64,000 nucleotides of DNA from Candidatus Culexmicrobium cathedralense (GCA_025061115.1 JANZKC010000001.1:779366-843365); one strand, 5' to 3'. Counted from the first letter of the stretch, positions 1 through 10,707 are shown. The notes: a model not told the origin generated them from the letters alone. Numbers and translations: made by a program.

Positions 1-924
1 GCCCTTCTTAATGCGTTTGCCCCTTAGTAGATGTGAGAGATTCCTGATTTCATTCAAGCTGCAGTGCGGACAGCCAAAGATTATGAACTGTGACTTCAAA
101 GTGGAAGAGAATTCATCGATAAGTCTGGAAATGTCGCTTTTGTCGATTTGAATTTTCTCTACAGCAGTTGAAGAGCATTCATCATCTAGGTGAAACATAG
201 AGATGCCTCCAGAAGTAGCCAACCCCGCGGAAAGTGCTTTTAAAAGCTCTAGTTGCTTACGCCTAAATCCGCAAATAGCAGGCACGCCAATTCCCAAAGT
301 TTTGCCTATGAGGTATCCAAGTGCGCTGGCCTCAAGAATAGAGGAAATTTTAGTTGATACCAAAACTTTGCATGTTGCACCTCGCATACTTTCAAGGTGG
401 TACCCACAATATGGCGTCAGCCCCGTAATTGCAGAGGCAAGCGCTGATGGGCCGCTTTCTCTATTGGTCTTAGCGCCAACAACTGAATTTACATATACAA
501 CTGCTGAAGACTCAGCCCACGCAACATCACTGCCACGCTTAGGTAGATTCCCGGAGAGATATGGAGTACAAGTACATATGGGCTTGGCACCCATCCGCTT
601 GAAAGCTTCAATTATGCGTTTCTGCTTTACGTAAAACTCTTCAGATACGCCCATTTCCCTCCATTTTATAAGATCAATTCCAGCGGGGTTTAGGGTTGTG
701 AGAACTTTAACTCGAGCGCCCAGCAACGAAAAATCTTCGATAAAGGATAATCCCGCATCGCCGATGTTAGCGTAGCTAATACCCGAAATGTGGGCGCTTG
801 AAATTGGAATCAGCTTTTCAGCTCCTAATGCATCTCCTAGAGCTACGAGCAACTCCATGGCTTTCTGAACTGCTAAGCCCCGCTCGCCTTTAAGCATTAA
901 TTCCTGCTCTTTAGTGAGGTGCAA
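1..924 (-). CDS. Aconitase X catalytic subunit (DUF521; probable phosphomevalonate dehydratase large subunit), 3'-truncated by the window edge
   Basis: Manual translation from TTG at 924: MHLTKEQELMLKGERGLAVQKAMELLVALG...SAHISGISY..IG...TTLNP...TCTPY...AWAESSAVVYVNSVVGAKTNRE...GCPHCS, typical AcnX motifs. Overlaps the UbiD stop. Absent from the ORF track. Confidence 0.85.
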   Translation of the reverse strand, partial: MHLTKEQELMLKGERGLAVQKAMELLVALGDALGAEKLIPISSAHISGISYANIGDAGLSFIEDFSLLGARVKVLTTLNPAGIDLIKWREMGVSEEFYVKQKRIIEAFKRMGAKPICTCTPYLSGNLPKRGSDVAWAESSAVVYVNSVVGAKTNRESGPSALASAITGLTPYCGYHLESMRGATCKVLVSTKISSILEASALGYLIGKTLGIGVPAICGFRRKQLELLKALSAGLATSGGISMFHLDDECSSTAVEKIQIDKSDISRLIDEFSSTLKSQFIIFGCPHCSLNEIRNLSHLLRGKRIKKG

Positions 925-2266
925 TGCGAAGGGCCTCCAAGATCTTCTTAACTTCACTCAACCGGGGAATTGCGGCCTTTTGAAAGTGATGAGCAGGCTT
1001 ATTTAAGGGCTTTGTAGCATCAATTCCCATCTTCGCAGTTATTAGTTGCTCTTGGTCCGCTGATGGATCAATACTTGAGCCCCTCACATGCCTTATGATC
1101 AAAAGGTCTTCATCTGCTTGAAAGCGCGTTGCAATGGCCCACTCAACCTCGTTAATGTCGTCTATGTTGATGTCTTCATCAACAACGATTACATGCTTTA
1201 AACTTGGATGAGCTGCAAAGGCTGCTAGAATTGCATTTTTCGCATCACCTTCGCATGCCTTTTTTATTGATATAATTGCATGAAGCCAGCCGCACCCTCC
1301 AAATGAAAGCTTGACATCCTTAACCTCTGGAACTACTTGGCTGACGTATTTGCGAATTAGAGCCTCCCTGTGAAATCCCATTAGAAGTCGGTGTTCAGAG
1401 CTTGCTGGGAGAATGGCTTGATAAATCGCATCTTCTCTCATGAAAATCTTACTAACTTTTATCACAGGCTGCTTTCGAATCACATCATATGTTCCAGTTA
1501 TGTCGACAAATGGACCTTCGTCTGAGAGCGTATTAGGGTAGAGAAAGCCTTCAATGAGGATCTCTGCATCTGCAGGAATTAAAATATCAGCATGGGTACA
1601 GCGCGTGACTTTGAGCTTATTTCCCACTAATGAGTTTGCCACGTGAAGCTCATCAACCCCTAAAGGTGGAGATGAAGATGCAGCTAGGAGAACTGCGGGG
1701 TGAAGCCCAATGACAATTGCTATTGGAAGGGGTTCTCCCATACGCTCTGCCCTCTTCATCATGTGGTATAAATGTCTGGGAACTACACGGATTACCAATG
1801 TTCTCTCATCTAGAACGAGCATTCTATGAATCGAAGCGTTTTGGTAGTGTTCCTTTAAATCTTTAGCAATAACTACTCCAGCAGTAATGTAAGGCCCAGC
1901 ATCTCGCTCATAATGAGTGAGGGCCGGCAGCCTATACAAGCTGGTTTCTTCTAAGTCTTTAACTGGAGCATCCTCAACTTCAGTTGGAGGAGTAGGCTTC
2001 TCAATTGCCTCTAGAAGCAGGTCATGCAATTTGTAGCTCGACACACCTAGAGCCAAACTAAGCTTATTCCGAGAATTGCAAACACCGCCTACAACTTTAA
2101 TGCTAAATCCCTTCACACTCTTAAAAAGTGCTGCTGGGCCGCGATCCAACACTTTCAGTGCCGCAGCTATCTCGTACTTAGGTGAAAGCGAATGCTCAAC
2201 GTGAACCAGCTCTCCTGCCTGCTCAAGCACCTTTAAAGCACGCCTCAAATCTACATCAGCCAACAT
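911..2266 (-). CDS. UbiD-family decarboxylase (probable anhydromevalonate phosphate decarboxylase)
   Basis: NASIHRM, EGPFVDITG, KHVIVVDEDI, EVEWAIATR motifs; in an operon with AcnX. Confidence 0.9.
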   Translation of the reverse strand: MLADVDLRRALKVLEQAGELVHVEHSLSPKYEIAAALKVLDRGPAALFKSVKGFSIKVVGGVCNSRNKLSLALGVSSYKLHDLLLEAIEKPTPPTEVEDAPVKDLEETSLYRLPALTHYERDAGPYITAGVVIAKDLKEHYQNASIHRMLVLDERTLVIRVVPRHLYHMMKRAERMGEPLPIAIVIGLHPAVLLAASSSPPLGVDELHVANSLVGNKLKVTRCTHADILIPADAEILIEGFLYPNTLSDEGPFVDITGTYDVIRKQPVIKVSKIFMREDAIYQAILPASSEHRLLMGFHREALIRKYVSQVVPEVKDVKLSFGGCGWLHAIISIKKACEGDAKNAILAAFAAHPSLKHVIVVDEDINIDDINEVEWAIATRFQADEDLLIIRHVRGSSIDPSADQEQLITAKMGIDATKPLNKPAHHFQKAAIPRLSEVKKILEALRIAPH

Positions 2267-2403
2267 TCACACCAAGAAAAAGGGGCATCGCCGCACAATT
2301 AAACATTTTCGAATACAAAAGGTAGAGGTTCGCATCTTGAATTAAGAGGTAAAAAATAAATAATCCGCCACATTTTGCAGTAACGGTATAGGAGGAGATC
2401 ACC

Positions 2404-4032
2404 ATGACGGCTGTAACTGGTCAACCTGTGCTTCTTTTAAAGGAAGGAGCAAGTAGAACCATAGGGCGGGAAGCATTAAGGTCTAACATACTAGCCGCTA
2501 GAATATTGGCTGAAACAATAAGAAGTTCACTCGGTCCTCGCGGTATGGATAAAATGCTAGTAGACAGCTTCGGAGACATCGTGATAACTAATGATGGTGC
2601 GACGATCCTAAAGGAAATGGATGTTCAGCACCCAGCTGCAAAAATGATGGTTGAAGTAGCAAAGGCACAGGACGACGAAGTTGGAGATGGAACAACAACG
2701 TCAGTAATTCTAGCTGGAGAACTGCTAAAACAAGCTGAAGACCTCTTGCTACAGGATGTCCACCCAACAATCATAATAGAAGGTTACAAGAAAGCCATGG
2801 ACAAAGCTCTAGAGATAATTGATGAAATCGCAGTCCCAATAGACCCAACCGATAAGGAGACGCTGAAGAAAGCAGGAATAACATCATTGTCAAGCAAAGC
2901 AATGATAGTTGGCGCAATTGAAAGGCTAACCGAAATGGCCGTAGATGCAGTTCTACAAGTTGCTGAGAAGAAGGATGACAAATGGCACGTAGACATAGAT
3001 AATGTGAAGGTAGAGAAGAAGGAAGGCGGATCTCTAGATGACACCAAGCTGGTTTACGGCATAGTTCTGGATAAGGAAGTTGTTCACCCAGGCATGCCAA
3101 AGCGCGTGGAAAATGCAAAGATTGCACTGCTAAATTGCCCAATTGAAGTCGAAAAAACCGAAATCAGTGCAAAGATACACATTACAAGCCCAGAACAGAT
3201 GCGCGCATTCCTAGAGCGAGAAACTGAAATGCTTAAGAAAATGGTTGAAAAAATAGCCGAAGTTGGAGCAAACGTGGTCATATGCCAGAAGGGCATTGAC
3301 GACGTAGCCCAGCACTACCTAGCCAAAAAGAAAATCCTGGCAGTGAGGAGAGTCAAGGAGTCAGACATGGCAAAAATAGCGAAAGCTACAGGTGGAAAAA
3401 TCATTACCAGCATTGACGACTTATCATCAAAGGACTTAGGAGAAGCTGAGCTTGTTGAAGAAAGAAAAGTCGGCGAGGACAAGATGGTATTCATCGAGGG
3501 TTGCAAGAACCCTAAGGCAGTAACTATTCTGGTACGCGGAGGAACAAAGCACCTCATTGATGAGGCAGAGAGATCACTGCACGATGCACTGTGCGTTGTA
3601 AGAAACCTAGTTAGAGAGCCTAAGATTGTGGCTGGAGGAGGAGCTCCAGAAGCAGAAGTAGCGCATAGAATTCGAGAGTGGGCCAGAACACTAAGAGGAA
3701 AAGAGCAACTTGCGGCATTGAAGTTTGCAGATGCCTTAGAGGTCATACCATTAACACTAGCTGAAAACGCAGGACTAGACCCAGTAGACATCATGGTCGA
3801 TTTGAGAGCCAGACACGAGAAGGGCGAGAAATGGACAGGAATCGACATTGTAAATGGAAAAGTGACAAACATGTGGGAGAAGGGAGTACTAGAGCCAGCT
3901 TGTGTGAAGAAGCAAGCAATCAAATCTGGAACGGAAGCTGCAATAATGATTCTGAGAATAGATGACATAATTGCAGCTGCACCACCAAGCAAGGAAGAGA
4001 AAGGAAAGAGTGGAGGAGAAGAATTTAGTTAA
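2404..4032 (+). CDS. thsA: Thermosome (group II chaperonin) subunit
   Basis: [25 protein letters not shown]; alpha/beta assignment is arbitrary. Confidence 0.95.
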   Translation: MTAVTGQPVLLLKEGASRTIGREALRSNILAARILAETIRSSLGPRGMDKMLVDSFGDIVITNDGATILKEMDVQHPAAKMMVEVAKAQDDEVGDGTTTSVILAGELLKQAEDLLLQDVHPTIIIEGYKKAMDKALEIIDEIAVPIDPTDKETLKKAGITSLSSKAMIVGAIERLTEMAVDAVLQVAEKKDDKWHVDIDNVKVEKKEGGSLDDTKLVYGIVLDKEVVHPGMPKRVENAKIALLNCPIEVEKTEISAKIHITSPEQMRAFLERETEMLKKMVEKIAEVGANVVICQKGIDDVAQHYLAKKKILAVRRVKESDMAKIAKATGGKIITSIDDLSSKDLGEAELVEERKVGEDKMVFIEGCKNPKAVTILVRGGTKHLIDEAERSLHDALCVVRNLVREPKIVAGGGAPEAEVAHRIREWARTLRGKEQLAALKFADALEVIPLTLAENAGLDPVDIMVDLRARHEKGEKWTGIDIVNGKVTNMWEKGVLEPACVKKQAIKSGTEAAIMILRIDDIIAAAPPSKEEKGKSGGEEFS

Positions 4033-4045
4033 ATAGATAATTAGT

Positions 4046-4088
4046 TAAATAGATAAAAAAATAATTATATTATTTTTTTATCTATTTA
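4046..4088. terminator. Bidirectional terminator-like AT-rich hairpin between the convergent thermosome genes
   Basis: Perfect 20-bp inverted repeat TAAATAGATAAAAAAATAAT (4046-4065) / ATTATTTTTTTATCTATTTA (4069-4088), 3-nt loop, T7 tract on each strand. Confidence 0.65.
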
Positions 4089-4109
4089 CATGTTTAAAAT
4101 ATTGTGTTT

Positions 4110-5786
4110 TTAGAATTTAGTCTCGCTTTCTTCTTCCTCTTCTTTCTTCTCCTTTTCCTTCTCCTTTTCTTCTTCAAACCTTGATGCAGCGATTATATCG
4201 TCTATCCTCAAAATCATTGCCGCTGCTTCAACTGCCGACTTGATGGCATTGAATTTAACTATTAATGGTTCGACTACGTCCAATTTTAGCATGTCCGCTG
4301 GCTTTCCGCCGAATACGTCAACTCCATACCATTTTCCTTCTGGTTTCTCGTGTGATGCTCGTAGCTCTGCAAGAATGTCTATTGGATCTAGCCCTGCGTT
4401 CTCAGCTAACGTTCTGGGGACAACTTCTATCGCATTTGCAAACGCTTCTATTGCAAGCTGCTCTCTTCCACCTACGCTTACTGCATATTCTCTTAATGCC
4501 TTGGCAATTTCAAGCTCTGGAGCTCCTCCTCCAGCCACAATCTTAGGCTCTCTTATTACATCCGCTACCACGTAGAGTGCATCCTTTATTGCTCGCTCCG
4601 CTTCATCTACGAAGCGCTCAAGACCGCCTCTGATTAGGATGCTCACTGATCTTGGATTCTTGCAGCCCTCAACAAACACCACTTTTTCGTCTGCAACTTT
4701 TCTCTCTTCAACAAGCTCAGCTTCTCCCAAGTCACTGGCTGTTAGGTCGTCTATATTAGTGACTATTCTCCCACCAGTAGCTCTGGACAGCTTCTCCATG
4801 TCTGACTTCTTTACTCTCCTTACAGCGAGTATTCCATTTTTGGCTAGGTAGTGCTGAGCAATGTCATCGATGCCCTTCTGGCAGAAGAGGACGTTCGCTC
4901 CAATGGATTTGATTTTCTCTACCATTGACTTAAGTAGGCGCTCTTCTTCTTCTAGGAATGCGCGCATTTGCTCTGGGTCTGTTATTCTAATTTCAGCATC
5001 GATCTCGGTTTTTTCAACTTCCAGTGGACAGTCTAATAGTGCAATTTTCGCGTTTTCCACGCGCTTTGGCATGCCTGGGTGAACAACTTCCTTATCAACT
5101 ATGATGCCGTAGATCAGCGTTGTGTCCAGCAGTCCACCGCCCTTCTTTTTGATAATTTGAATTTGGTCGATATCAGCAAATAGCTTGCCATCCCTTTCTT
5201 CTGCTATTTGCTTTACTGCTTTAACTGCTATTTCAGCCAAGTGCTCTTTGGCCACGGCAACTACCTTTCCACTCATGGAGGTCATTGCAATTTTCTTTAG
5301 GGTTTCTTCGTCATCGATGTTTACGGGTATGGCTATTTTTTCTAGAACTTCCTTGGCTTTATCCACAGCTTTCTTAAAGCCATTAATTATTAAGGTTGGA
5401 TGAATGTTCTTCTCTAGCAGGGATTCCGCCTCTTTCAGTAGCTCACCTGCAAGAACTACAGCTGTTGTTGTCCCATCACCAACTTCCTTGTCTTGAGACT
5501 TTGCTACTTCAACCATCATTTTTGCAGCTGGGTGCTGAACATCCATTTCTTCTAGGATTGTTGCACCGTCATTAGTTATGGTAATATCGCCTAAGCTGTC
5601 TACTAGCATTTTATCCATACCGCGAGGGCCAAGCGAGCTCCTAACGATTTCAGCAACAGCTCTTGCTGCCATGACATTTACTCTTTGAGCTTCCTTTCCA
5701 AAAGTCCTACTTGTTCCCTCCTTCAGGATTAGTACTGGAACACCACCAATTTGCCCAATAGTAGCTACCTTAGGTCTAGCCGTCAT
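4110..5786 (-). CDS. thsB: Thermosome subunit (second paralog)
   Basis: Same chaperonin motifs; acidic C-terminal tail; ATG at 5786 preferred over 5810. Confidence 0.95.
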   Translation of the reverse strand: MTARPKVATIGQIGGVPVLILKEGTSRTFGKEAQRVNVMAARAVAEIVRSSLGPRGMDKMLVDSLGDITITNDGATILEEMDVQHPAAKMMVEVAKSQDKEVGDGTTTAVVLAGELLKEAESLLEKNIHPTLIINGFKKAVDKAKEVLEKIAIPVNIDDEETLKKIAMTSMSGKVVAVAKEHLAEIAVKAVKQIAEERDGKLFADIDQIQIIKKKGGGLLDTTLIYGIIVDKEVVHPGMPKRVENAKIALLDCPLEVEKTEIDAEIRITDPEQMRAFLEEEERLLKSMVEKIKSIGANVLFCQKGIDDIAQHYLAKNGILAVRRVKKSDMEKLSRATGGRIVTNIDDLTASDLGEAELVEERKVADEKVVFVEGCKNPRSVSILIRGGLERFVDEAERAIKDALYVVADVIREPKIVAGGGAPELEIAKALREYAVSVGGREQLAIEAFANAIEVVPRTLAENAGLDPIDILAELRASHEKPEGKWYGVDVFGGKPADMLKLDVVEPLIVKFNAIKSAVEAAAMILRIDDIIAASRFEEEKEKEKEKKEEEEESETKF

Positions 5787-5892
5787 CTCTATCGCCCCAA
5801 CAATAAACACTAGTGCGACTATATATTCATTTCTTCATAAGGGATGAGCCTGTTAAGGTAAGTGTTGAAAATAATGGATCTAATGGCGCGGG

Positions 5893-7188
5893 CTAAAATG
5901 ACCACGGATCGAGTTTTTTAATCTCTCTTCCAGTATCGCTTATCTTCACATTGCCTAGCACTATTAACCCTACTTCTTCATTAACTGGAGTTAATGTCTC
6001 AATAGACCGCTTTGAAAAGTTTACTTCTTTAATAATCCCTATTCCTAGGAAGAGGCCTTCAGAGCTGAAGAGGCCGGCCAAAAGTCCTTTTTCGAAGCCT
6101 TGCGGCAGCAGTATTATCTCTTCCTTACCAGTTTCCTGTTTGATTAATTCTTTAGCCTGCTCTTTCAGCTCATTTGAAATGTCGCCCTTTGAAATTAATA
6201 GGAGAGCGTCAGAGCAGTGTTCACCATATAGGAACTGGAGGCCAGTTAATGATTCAAGGTTTTTAAGCTCTTCGCGGGGGAGCGGGAAGCCTGAGCCCAT
6301 AAATGAGAACATTAGCCCAACCCTATCCATTGAGAAAACTCTAGTTTTAGCTCCTGAAAGATATTTGTTGTATGAGGCTTCCCTAATGAGTCTTCGTTCT
6401 TCTTTACTCCTTGACCTAATCACTCTTGGAGTGGGTATGCGAATGATCTCCAAGTTGGTGAGCCCTTGGAAGGGCTTTAATAGATGCTCTAGCTCACTGC
6501 CGCGCTGAATTGCAACTACTGTTTTTGGGTTAAGAAGCAACATTAAAGATAACTTTAAGGTTCGCGCTCCTCTACCAGAAATCCACCCACTTGTATTAAC
6601 TACGATTACTTCTGCTCCTTCCTTAAGCGCAGCATCCAAGAGCGTTCTCGCACCGACGATAACTCTATCGATCAACCCTTTAGGTGAAGTTGAGCCGACG
6701 AAAAAGGCATTAAAGAGGGGAACGACGGATAATGAGGCTACGGGCTTCTCTAGGAAGCCCAATCCTATGGTTGTCGGAGGTCCTATGTCAGATTGACCCA
6801 AGTCGTTATCTATAATTGCCGTTTTGAATCCCCTAATGTAAGATTGGTTGGCTAGGAACGTGCAGAACGTGCTTTTTCCGCTGTCAACATCCCCAAGCAC
6901 TATAATGGTCATGGGCTTCTCCATATTGAGAATTCTATCCACCGCATTTTTCCATTCAGGGGGGATGGTAATGTCCTCCAGCTCCTCCAATCCACCACCC
7001 TCTCCAATTCTCACTTCTATGATGGAATCTTCTAAGGCTTCGAACACCATAACTTTGGACTTTGGAACTACAGTGGATTCTCTAGGTAGCATCCTCTTTC
7101 CGAGAACTGTCAAAGAGCCTTCAATTACCTGAATAAATGCTGGTCCTTCAACTTTGATCACTCTAGATTTTGCTAACTCCACCTTCAT
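5893..7188 (-). CDS. Clp1/Grc3-family polynucleotide 5'-hydroxyl kinase
   Basis: GDVDSGKST Walker A, DLGQSDIGPP, NTSGW, RRLIRE lid motif. Confidence 0.9.
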   Translation of the reverse strand: MKVELAKSRVIKVEGPAFIQVIEGSLTVLGKRMLPRESTVVPKSKVMVFEALEDSIIEVRIGEGGGLEELEDITIPPEWKNAVDRILNMEKPMTIIVLGDVDSGKSTFCTFLANQSYIRGFKTAIIDNDLGQSDIGPPTTIGLGFLEKPVASLSVVPLFNAFFVGSTSPKGLIDRVIVGARTLLDAALKEGAEVIVVNTSGWISGRGARTLKLSLMLLLNPKTVVAIQRGSELEHLLKPFQGLTNLEIIRIPTPRVIRSRSKEERRLIREASYNKYLSGAKTRVFSMDRVGLMFSFMGSGFPLPREELKNLESLTGLQFLYGEHCSDALLLISKGDISNELKEQAKELIKQETGKEEIILLPQGFEKGLLAGLFSSEGLFLGIGIIKEVNFSKRSIETLTPVNEEVGLIVLGNVKISDTGREIKKLDPWSF

Positions 7189-7813
7189 GTCCAGACACCT
7201 CGAGCCTATTTATGGGAGCTCCTCTACTCAAAGCGATGTTACATGCCGCCTTAACGTCAGATGGGAGAGGATATTGCTTAATATAGGGGGACATGGGCAG
7301 GGATTCGCTAACTAACTCCAAATGCGTCTTAGGAGGTAAAATGATTTCACGCAATCTAGCGAGGATGGTATGTAGATATTTATCTCCACCGCTTCCAATT
7401 CGTATAATTCTCCTTCTAGCTGGGCACATGGAAAGCAATTTAGTTAGAAATTCAACTAGTTTATCCGTGCTGTAAAATACCTTTAGCGCTATGGGCGTTC
7501 CGTCAGCAAGAGCTGCAAAGCCCAATTTGGCACCAGGATCTATTCCTATTATCAAGTTATCGAACATGGTTTTGCCCTTGAGCGCACAAATAACCTTGAA
7601 AATGGACTCTTCAGCATTCTCCTCAGTGACAGTTATTACAGTTTTCCGATCATCGCATTTTGCTTCACCGCGTGAAGTGAGCACAACCTTGATGTCATTT
7701 GGTACGGCAAGTCCAGGAGTAATGCTTACGAAATCAATGCTGTGCTCCTTAAGCAGCCTGGATATGATGTAGTAAATTCTCGGGTCCCTTGTCATTATTG
7801 CAACCTTTGCCAA
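7163..7813 (-). CDS. Hypothetical protein with RNase H-like (YqgF/RuvC-like) domain
   Basis: IIGIDPG..LGFA motif and C-terminal DVKAACNIA; overlaps the clp1 start. Confidence 0.6.
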   Translation of the reverse strand: MAKVAIMTRDPRIYYIISRLLKEHSIDFVSITPGLAVPNDIKVVLTSRGEAKCDDRKTVITVTEENAEESIFKVICALKGKTMFDNLIIGIDPGAKLGFAALADGTPIALKVFYSTDKLVEFLTKLLSMCPARRRIIRIGSGGDKYLHTILARLREIILPPKTHLELVSESLPMSPYIKQYPLPSDVKAACNIALSRGAPINRLEVSGHEGGVSKI

Positions 7814-7872
7814 CGCTCCATCACCAAATGTAGCTCATCATAACTAGAGAAAAGTCGAGAGTTATATACCCT

Positions 7873-8580
7873 TTGCGCCAATGTGATTTTGAAATGAAAC
7901 CCAACGCAATAGCGACAGGACACAGGAAGCTTGATAGAGCTTTGAATGGAGGAATCAACATAGGGAAAGTAACGCTGATTTATGGAGAAGCAGGAACAGG
8001 TAAAACAGCCATCTCATTAAGCTGCTCTGCAACCTGCGCACTTTTAGGCTTGAAAGCAATCTATCTAACCTCTGAAAAGCCTTTTCCAGCAGAAAGGCTA
8101 GCTACTATTGTTGGCAGAAACCTTGAAAAAGCAGCTAAAAGGATAGTGGTCATTGAACTGGAAGACTTCGAGCAGCAACTGGAAACGATAGAGAAGCTCG
8201 AATTTTTCATTACGCCCACGGTGGGATTAGTTGTAGTCGACACGATTACGGCTAGGTATAGGGAGGCAATTTCTAGAGGTGTGGACTCAATTAGCGCGAA
8301 TAAATCGCTAAGTAGGCAACTCGCGATGTTACGGTACATTGCAGAGAGAAGGGGTGTAGCAGTAATTGTAACAGGACAAGTTAGGGAGGTCATAGGTGAA
8401 GACAGGGAAGAGGTTGTCGCTTCAAAAGTCATGCAATTTTGGCCAAACACCATAATTAGGCTAGAGAAAATCGAGAATAGAAGAATCGCATTTATAGAGA
8501 AAAGCGAAAATAAAGATGCATTAGGATTCAGGGTGCTGTTCAAGATAACTAGCCGAGGAATAGAAGATGGAGAATATTGA
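7873..8580 (+). CDS. radB: RadB-like RecA-family ATPase
   Basis: LDRALNGG, IYGEAGTGKT, VVVDT, TGQV; no N-terminal HhH domain; real start may be ATG 7894. Confidence 0.75.
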   Translation: MRQCDFEMKPNAIATGHRKLDRALNGGINIGKVTLIYGEAGTGKTAISLSCSATCALLGLKAIYLTSEKPFPAERLATIVGRNLEKAAKRIVVIELEDFEQQLETIEKLEFFITPTVGLVVVDTITARYREAISRGVDSISANKSLSRQLAMLRYIAERRGVAVIVTGQVREVIGEDREEVVASKVMQFWPNTIIRLEKIENRRIAFIEKSENKDALGFRVLFKITSRGIEDGEY

Positions 8581-9049
8581 ATGGGTTTTGCAATTAATTT
8601 GGAGAATATTGCCAGCATACATTGCAAATGCGGCGCCAGTCGCTTTCGTGAGGAAGGGGCATCCGATCGACTTCGGCAAAAAAATGAGGGACGGAAATCC
8701 GATATTTGGGCGAGGAAAGACCTTTGAGGGGTTTATTGTTGGCGTAACTGCAGGCACGTTGATTGGTTTGATTCAAAGTAGAGTCGCTGCATCGTTCATG
8801 CTGGCCCTTGGAGCTATGATTGGAGATCTCACGGGATCCTTTTTAAAGAGAAGATTAGGTATCCGGAGCAGTGAGCCCGCACCTTTGCTGGATCAGGTGT
8901 CCTTCCTTATAGGTGCAATAGCTCTTTCAAGCATATTGGAGGCATACTCGCTGGAGGAAGTCGTAGTCTTAATTTTAATTACCATACCATTACATCTAAT
9001 AACAAACATTTTCGCGTACTTCATGAAGCTTAAAAAAGTGCCGTGGTGA
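8567..9049 (+). CDS. carS: CDP-archaeol synthase
   Basis: PAYIANAAP, PIDFGK, GKTFEG, GDLTGSFLKRR, PLLDQ. Confidence 0.92.
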   Translation: MENIEWVLQLIWRILPAYIANAAPVAFVRKGHPIDFGKKMRDGNPIFGRGKTFEGFIVGVTAGTLIGLIQSRVAASFMLALGAMIGDLTGSFLKRRLGIRSSEPAPLLDQVSFLIGAIALSSILEAYSLEEVVVLILITIPLHLITNIFAYFMKLKKVPW

Positions 9050-9059
9050 TGATTTGAAG

Positions 9060-9473
9060 CTAAATCCATCCAACCTTTTTAGCGAATAGGTATTGAAGTG
9101 AAAGTAGAGATACTATCAGCAGTATTGAGCCAAAAGCTAATAGCATATTTGTATATTTGGGGTCATGCGTTATTTTACTGCTCATTTGAATAAGTAAAAG
9201 ACCTAAAAACCCACATAAGATTAACATGGAAACAACTACTGCCTCAACAACTGTTTGAAAATCAAGGTATGGAGCAAGGAAAGATATTCTCCCTCCAATT
9301 GGAATGAACCATATTGGTGGCTCTACCAACACATATACAGCTCCACTCATCAAGAAAATACATGTAAATACGGAAATTAGAGGTATAAGTTTATAGAATA
9401 AAGCTCGCATAGAAGTTGCAATTTTCACTACACTTGAGAGGCTTCTTGGCAGTCTGCGCAAACGCAACACCAA
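9060..9473 (-). CDS. OSTC/OST3-OST6-like oligosaccharyltransferase accessory membrane protein
   Basis: Three TM helices with SG..Y..VEPP, FLA...Q...E, GFLGL and terminal F..K.G, matching the eukaryotic OSTC/DC2 pattern as recalled. Confidence 0.65.
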   Translation of the reverse strand: MVLRLRRLPRSLSSVVKIATSMRALFYKLIPLISVFTCIFLMSGAVYVLVEPPIWFIPIGGRISFLAPYLDFQTVVEAVVVSMLILCGFLGLLLIQMSSKITHDPKYTNMLLAFGSILLIVSLLSLQYLFAKKVGWI

Positions 9474-9551
9474 AAAGCAATGGGAATTAGGATAGAATTA
9501 AGCTTTACCATAGCTAGGTGTAGGAAAAAATAAATTTCCGATATCCAATTT

Positions 9552-10310
9552 GTGGGCGGAGGCCACCAGATGCGAGCAGTGGAGTTAGCTTGCTCAATGT
9601 ACTTTTATAAAAGCAACTTAGGACTTCTCTTTCCATCGATAGAGGCAAACGCAGAAACATCTAAAGTAATAGCTGAAATTGCAAAATACTCTGAAATGGT
9701 TAATAAGAAGATAGCTGATCTAGGGGCGAAAAGAAACCTAGAGGTTGCGCCAGCAATAGGATATTCGGAGTTTATGGGTAGAGAATTAGAGATTGCATAT
9801 CTCTCAATAGGTGACGATTTTCCGGATGTAGGATACGTTTTAAGACCAATATTCATAGAATTGGGGGACATCGGGTTAGAAAGACCAAGCGTGAGCGTCT
9901 TTGCATTTTACCATCCGCCAGTTAAGGTCATAATAGATAATGTGCCCGGATGGGTAACCCCTCAAGGCATGACGTTAAGGGACGTAAGGGCGCTGGGAGC
10001 CCCAAAGCAGATTCAAATTAACATATATAATGTAGACTTTAACTTGACGAAGATGCTTACTAAAGCCATTATAAGGTGTGCCTTATGGGAGAGGGCTTTT
10101 TCGGTTCCTTCAGAAAAAGCCGTTGAAGCATATACTGAAAAAATCATGAGGAAACTTAACAGCCGAGAAAAAACGCAGATAGTTATGGGAATAAAGGAAA
10201 TTGCAGAAGGTGTTTTAAAGAGAATAGAGAATCTAAGCAACGAACTTGAAGCATGTATGGGAGATGAACTTAGCAAAGTAGATCTACTAATAAGATCGAT
10301 TATCAAATAA
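9552..10310 (+). CDS. Hypothetical protein
   Basis: 252-aa ORF filling the intergenic space; no recognisable motif. Confidence 0.6.
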   Translation: MGGGHQMRAVELACSMYFYKSNLGLLFPSIEANAETSKVIAEIAKYSEMVNKKIADLGAKRNLEVAPAIGYSEFMGRELEIAYLSIGDDFPDVGYVLRPIFIELGDIGLERPSVSVFAFYHPPVKVIIDNVPGWVTPQGMTLRDVRALGAPKQIQINIYNVDFNLTKMLTKAIIRCALWERAFSVPSEKAVEAYTEKIMRKLNSREKTQIVMGIKEIAEGVLKRIENLSNELEACMGDELSKVDLLIRSIIK

Positions 10311-10704
10311 AGCGCTTCTTAAATGTCTTAGCATATACTGCCACCACAACTAGTGGACTGTTACACTTTGGACAGCTTCCAACTTCCTTAAAGATGTAAT
10401 CTCCCCGCCTAAACTCTCGCTCCTCCTTAAAGTTACAACTTTCATTTGTGCACTTAATTGTTACTACGCTTAAGAATCTAGGTCGAAGTCTATATTGCAG
10501 CTGCCTCTTATGCTGAAAAGCAAATATGAACGATAATGCTAGGCATATTATACCGGAAAGGATATAGTCGAGAGACAGGCTTTCACCGGCTTCACCCTTA
10601 AGATCCGCTAAGCCTAAGAAGAAAAGTACAAAGGCAGCAAACGAGAATATCACTGACATTATCATTAATATTTGCGACTTTCCACTCTTTGCCATGCAAC
10701 TCAC
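10303..10704 (-). CDS. Membrane protein with C-terminal Zn ribbon
   Basis: Two TM helices, CTNESC...CPKC; directly downstream of DUF1512. Confidence 0.7.
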   Translation of the reverse strand: MSCMAKSGKSQILMIMSVIFSFAAFVLFFLGLADLKGEAGESLSLDYILSGIICLALSFIFAFQHKRQLQYRLRPRFLSVVTIKCTNESCNFKEEREFRRGDYIFKEVGSCPKCNSPLVVVAVYAKTFKKRFI

Positions 10705-10707
10705 CCA

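Noticed and set aside
203-634. 143-aa plus-strand ORF
   Set aside because: Antisense shadow of the AcnX gene on the minus strand
2588-5403. Many antisense ORFs within the thermosome genes, and similar ones throughout the track
   Set aside because: Ser/Ile/Phe-rich shadows of well-supported genes on the opposite strand
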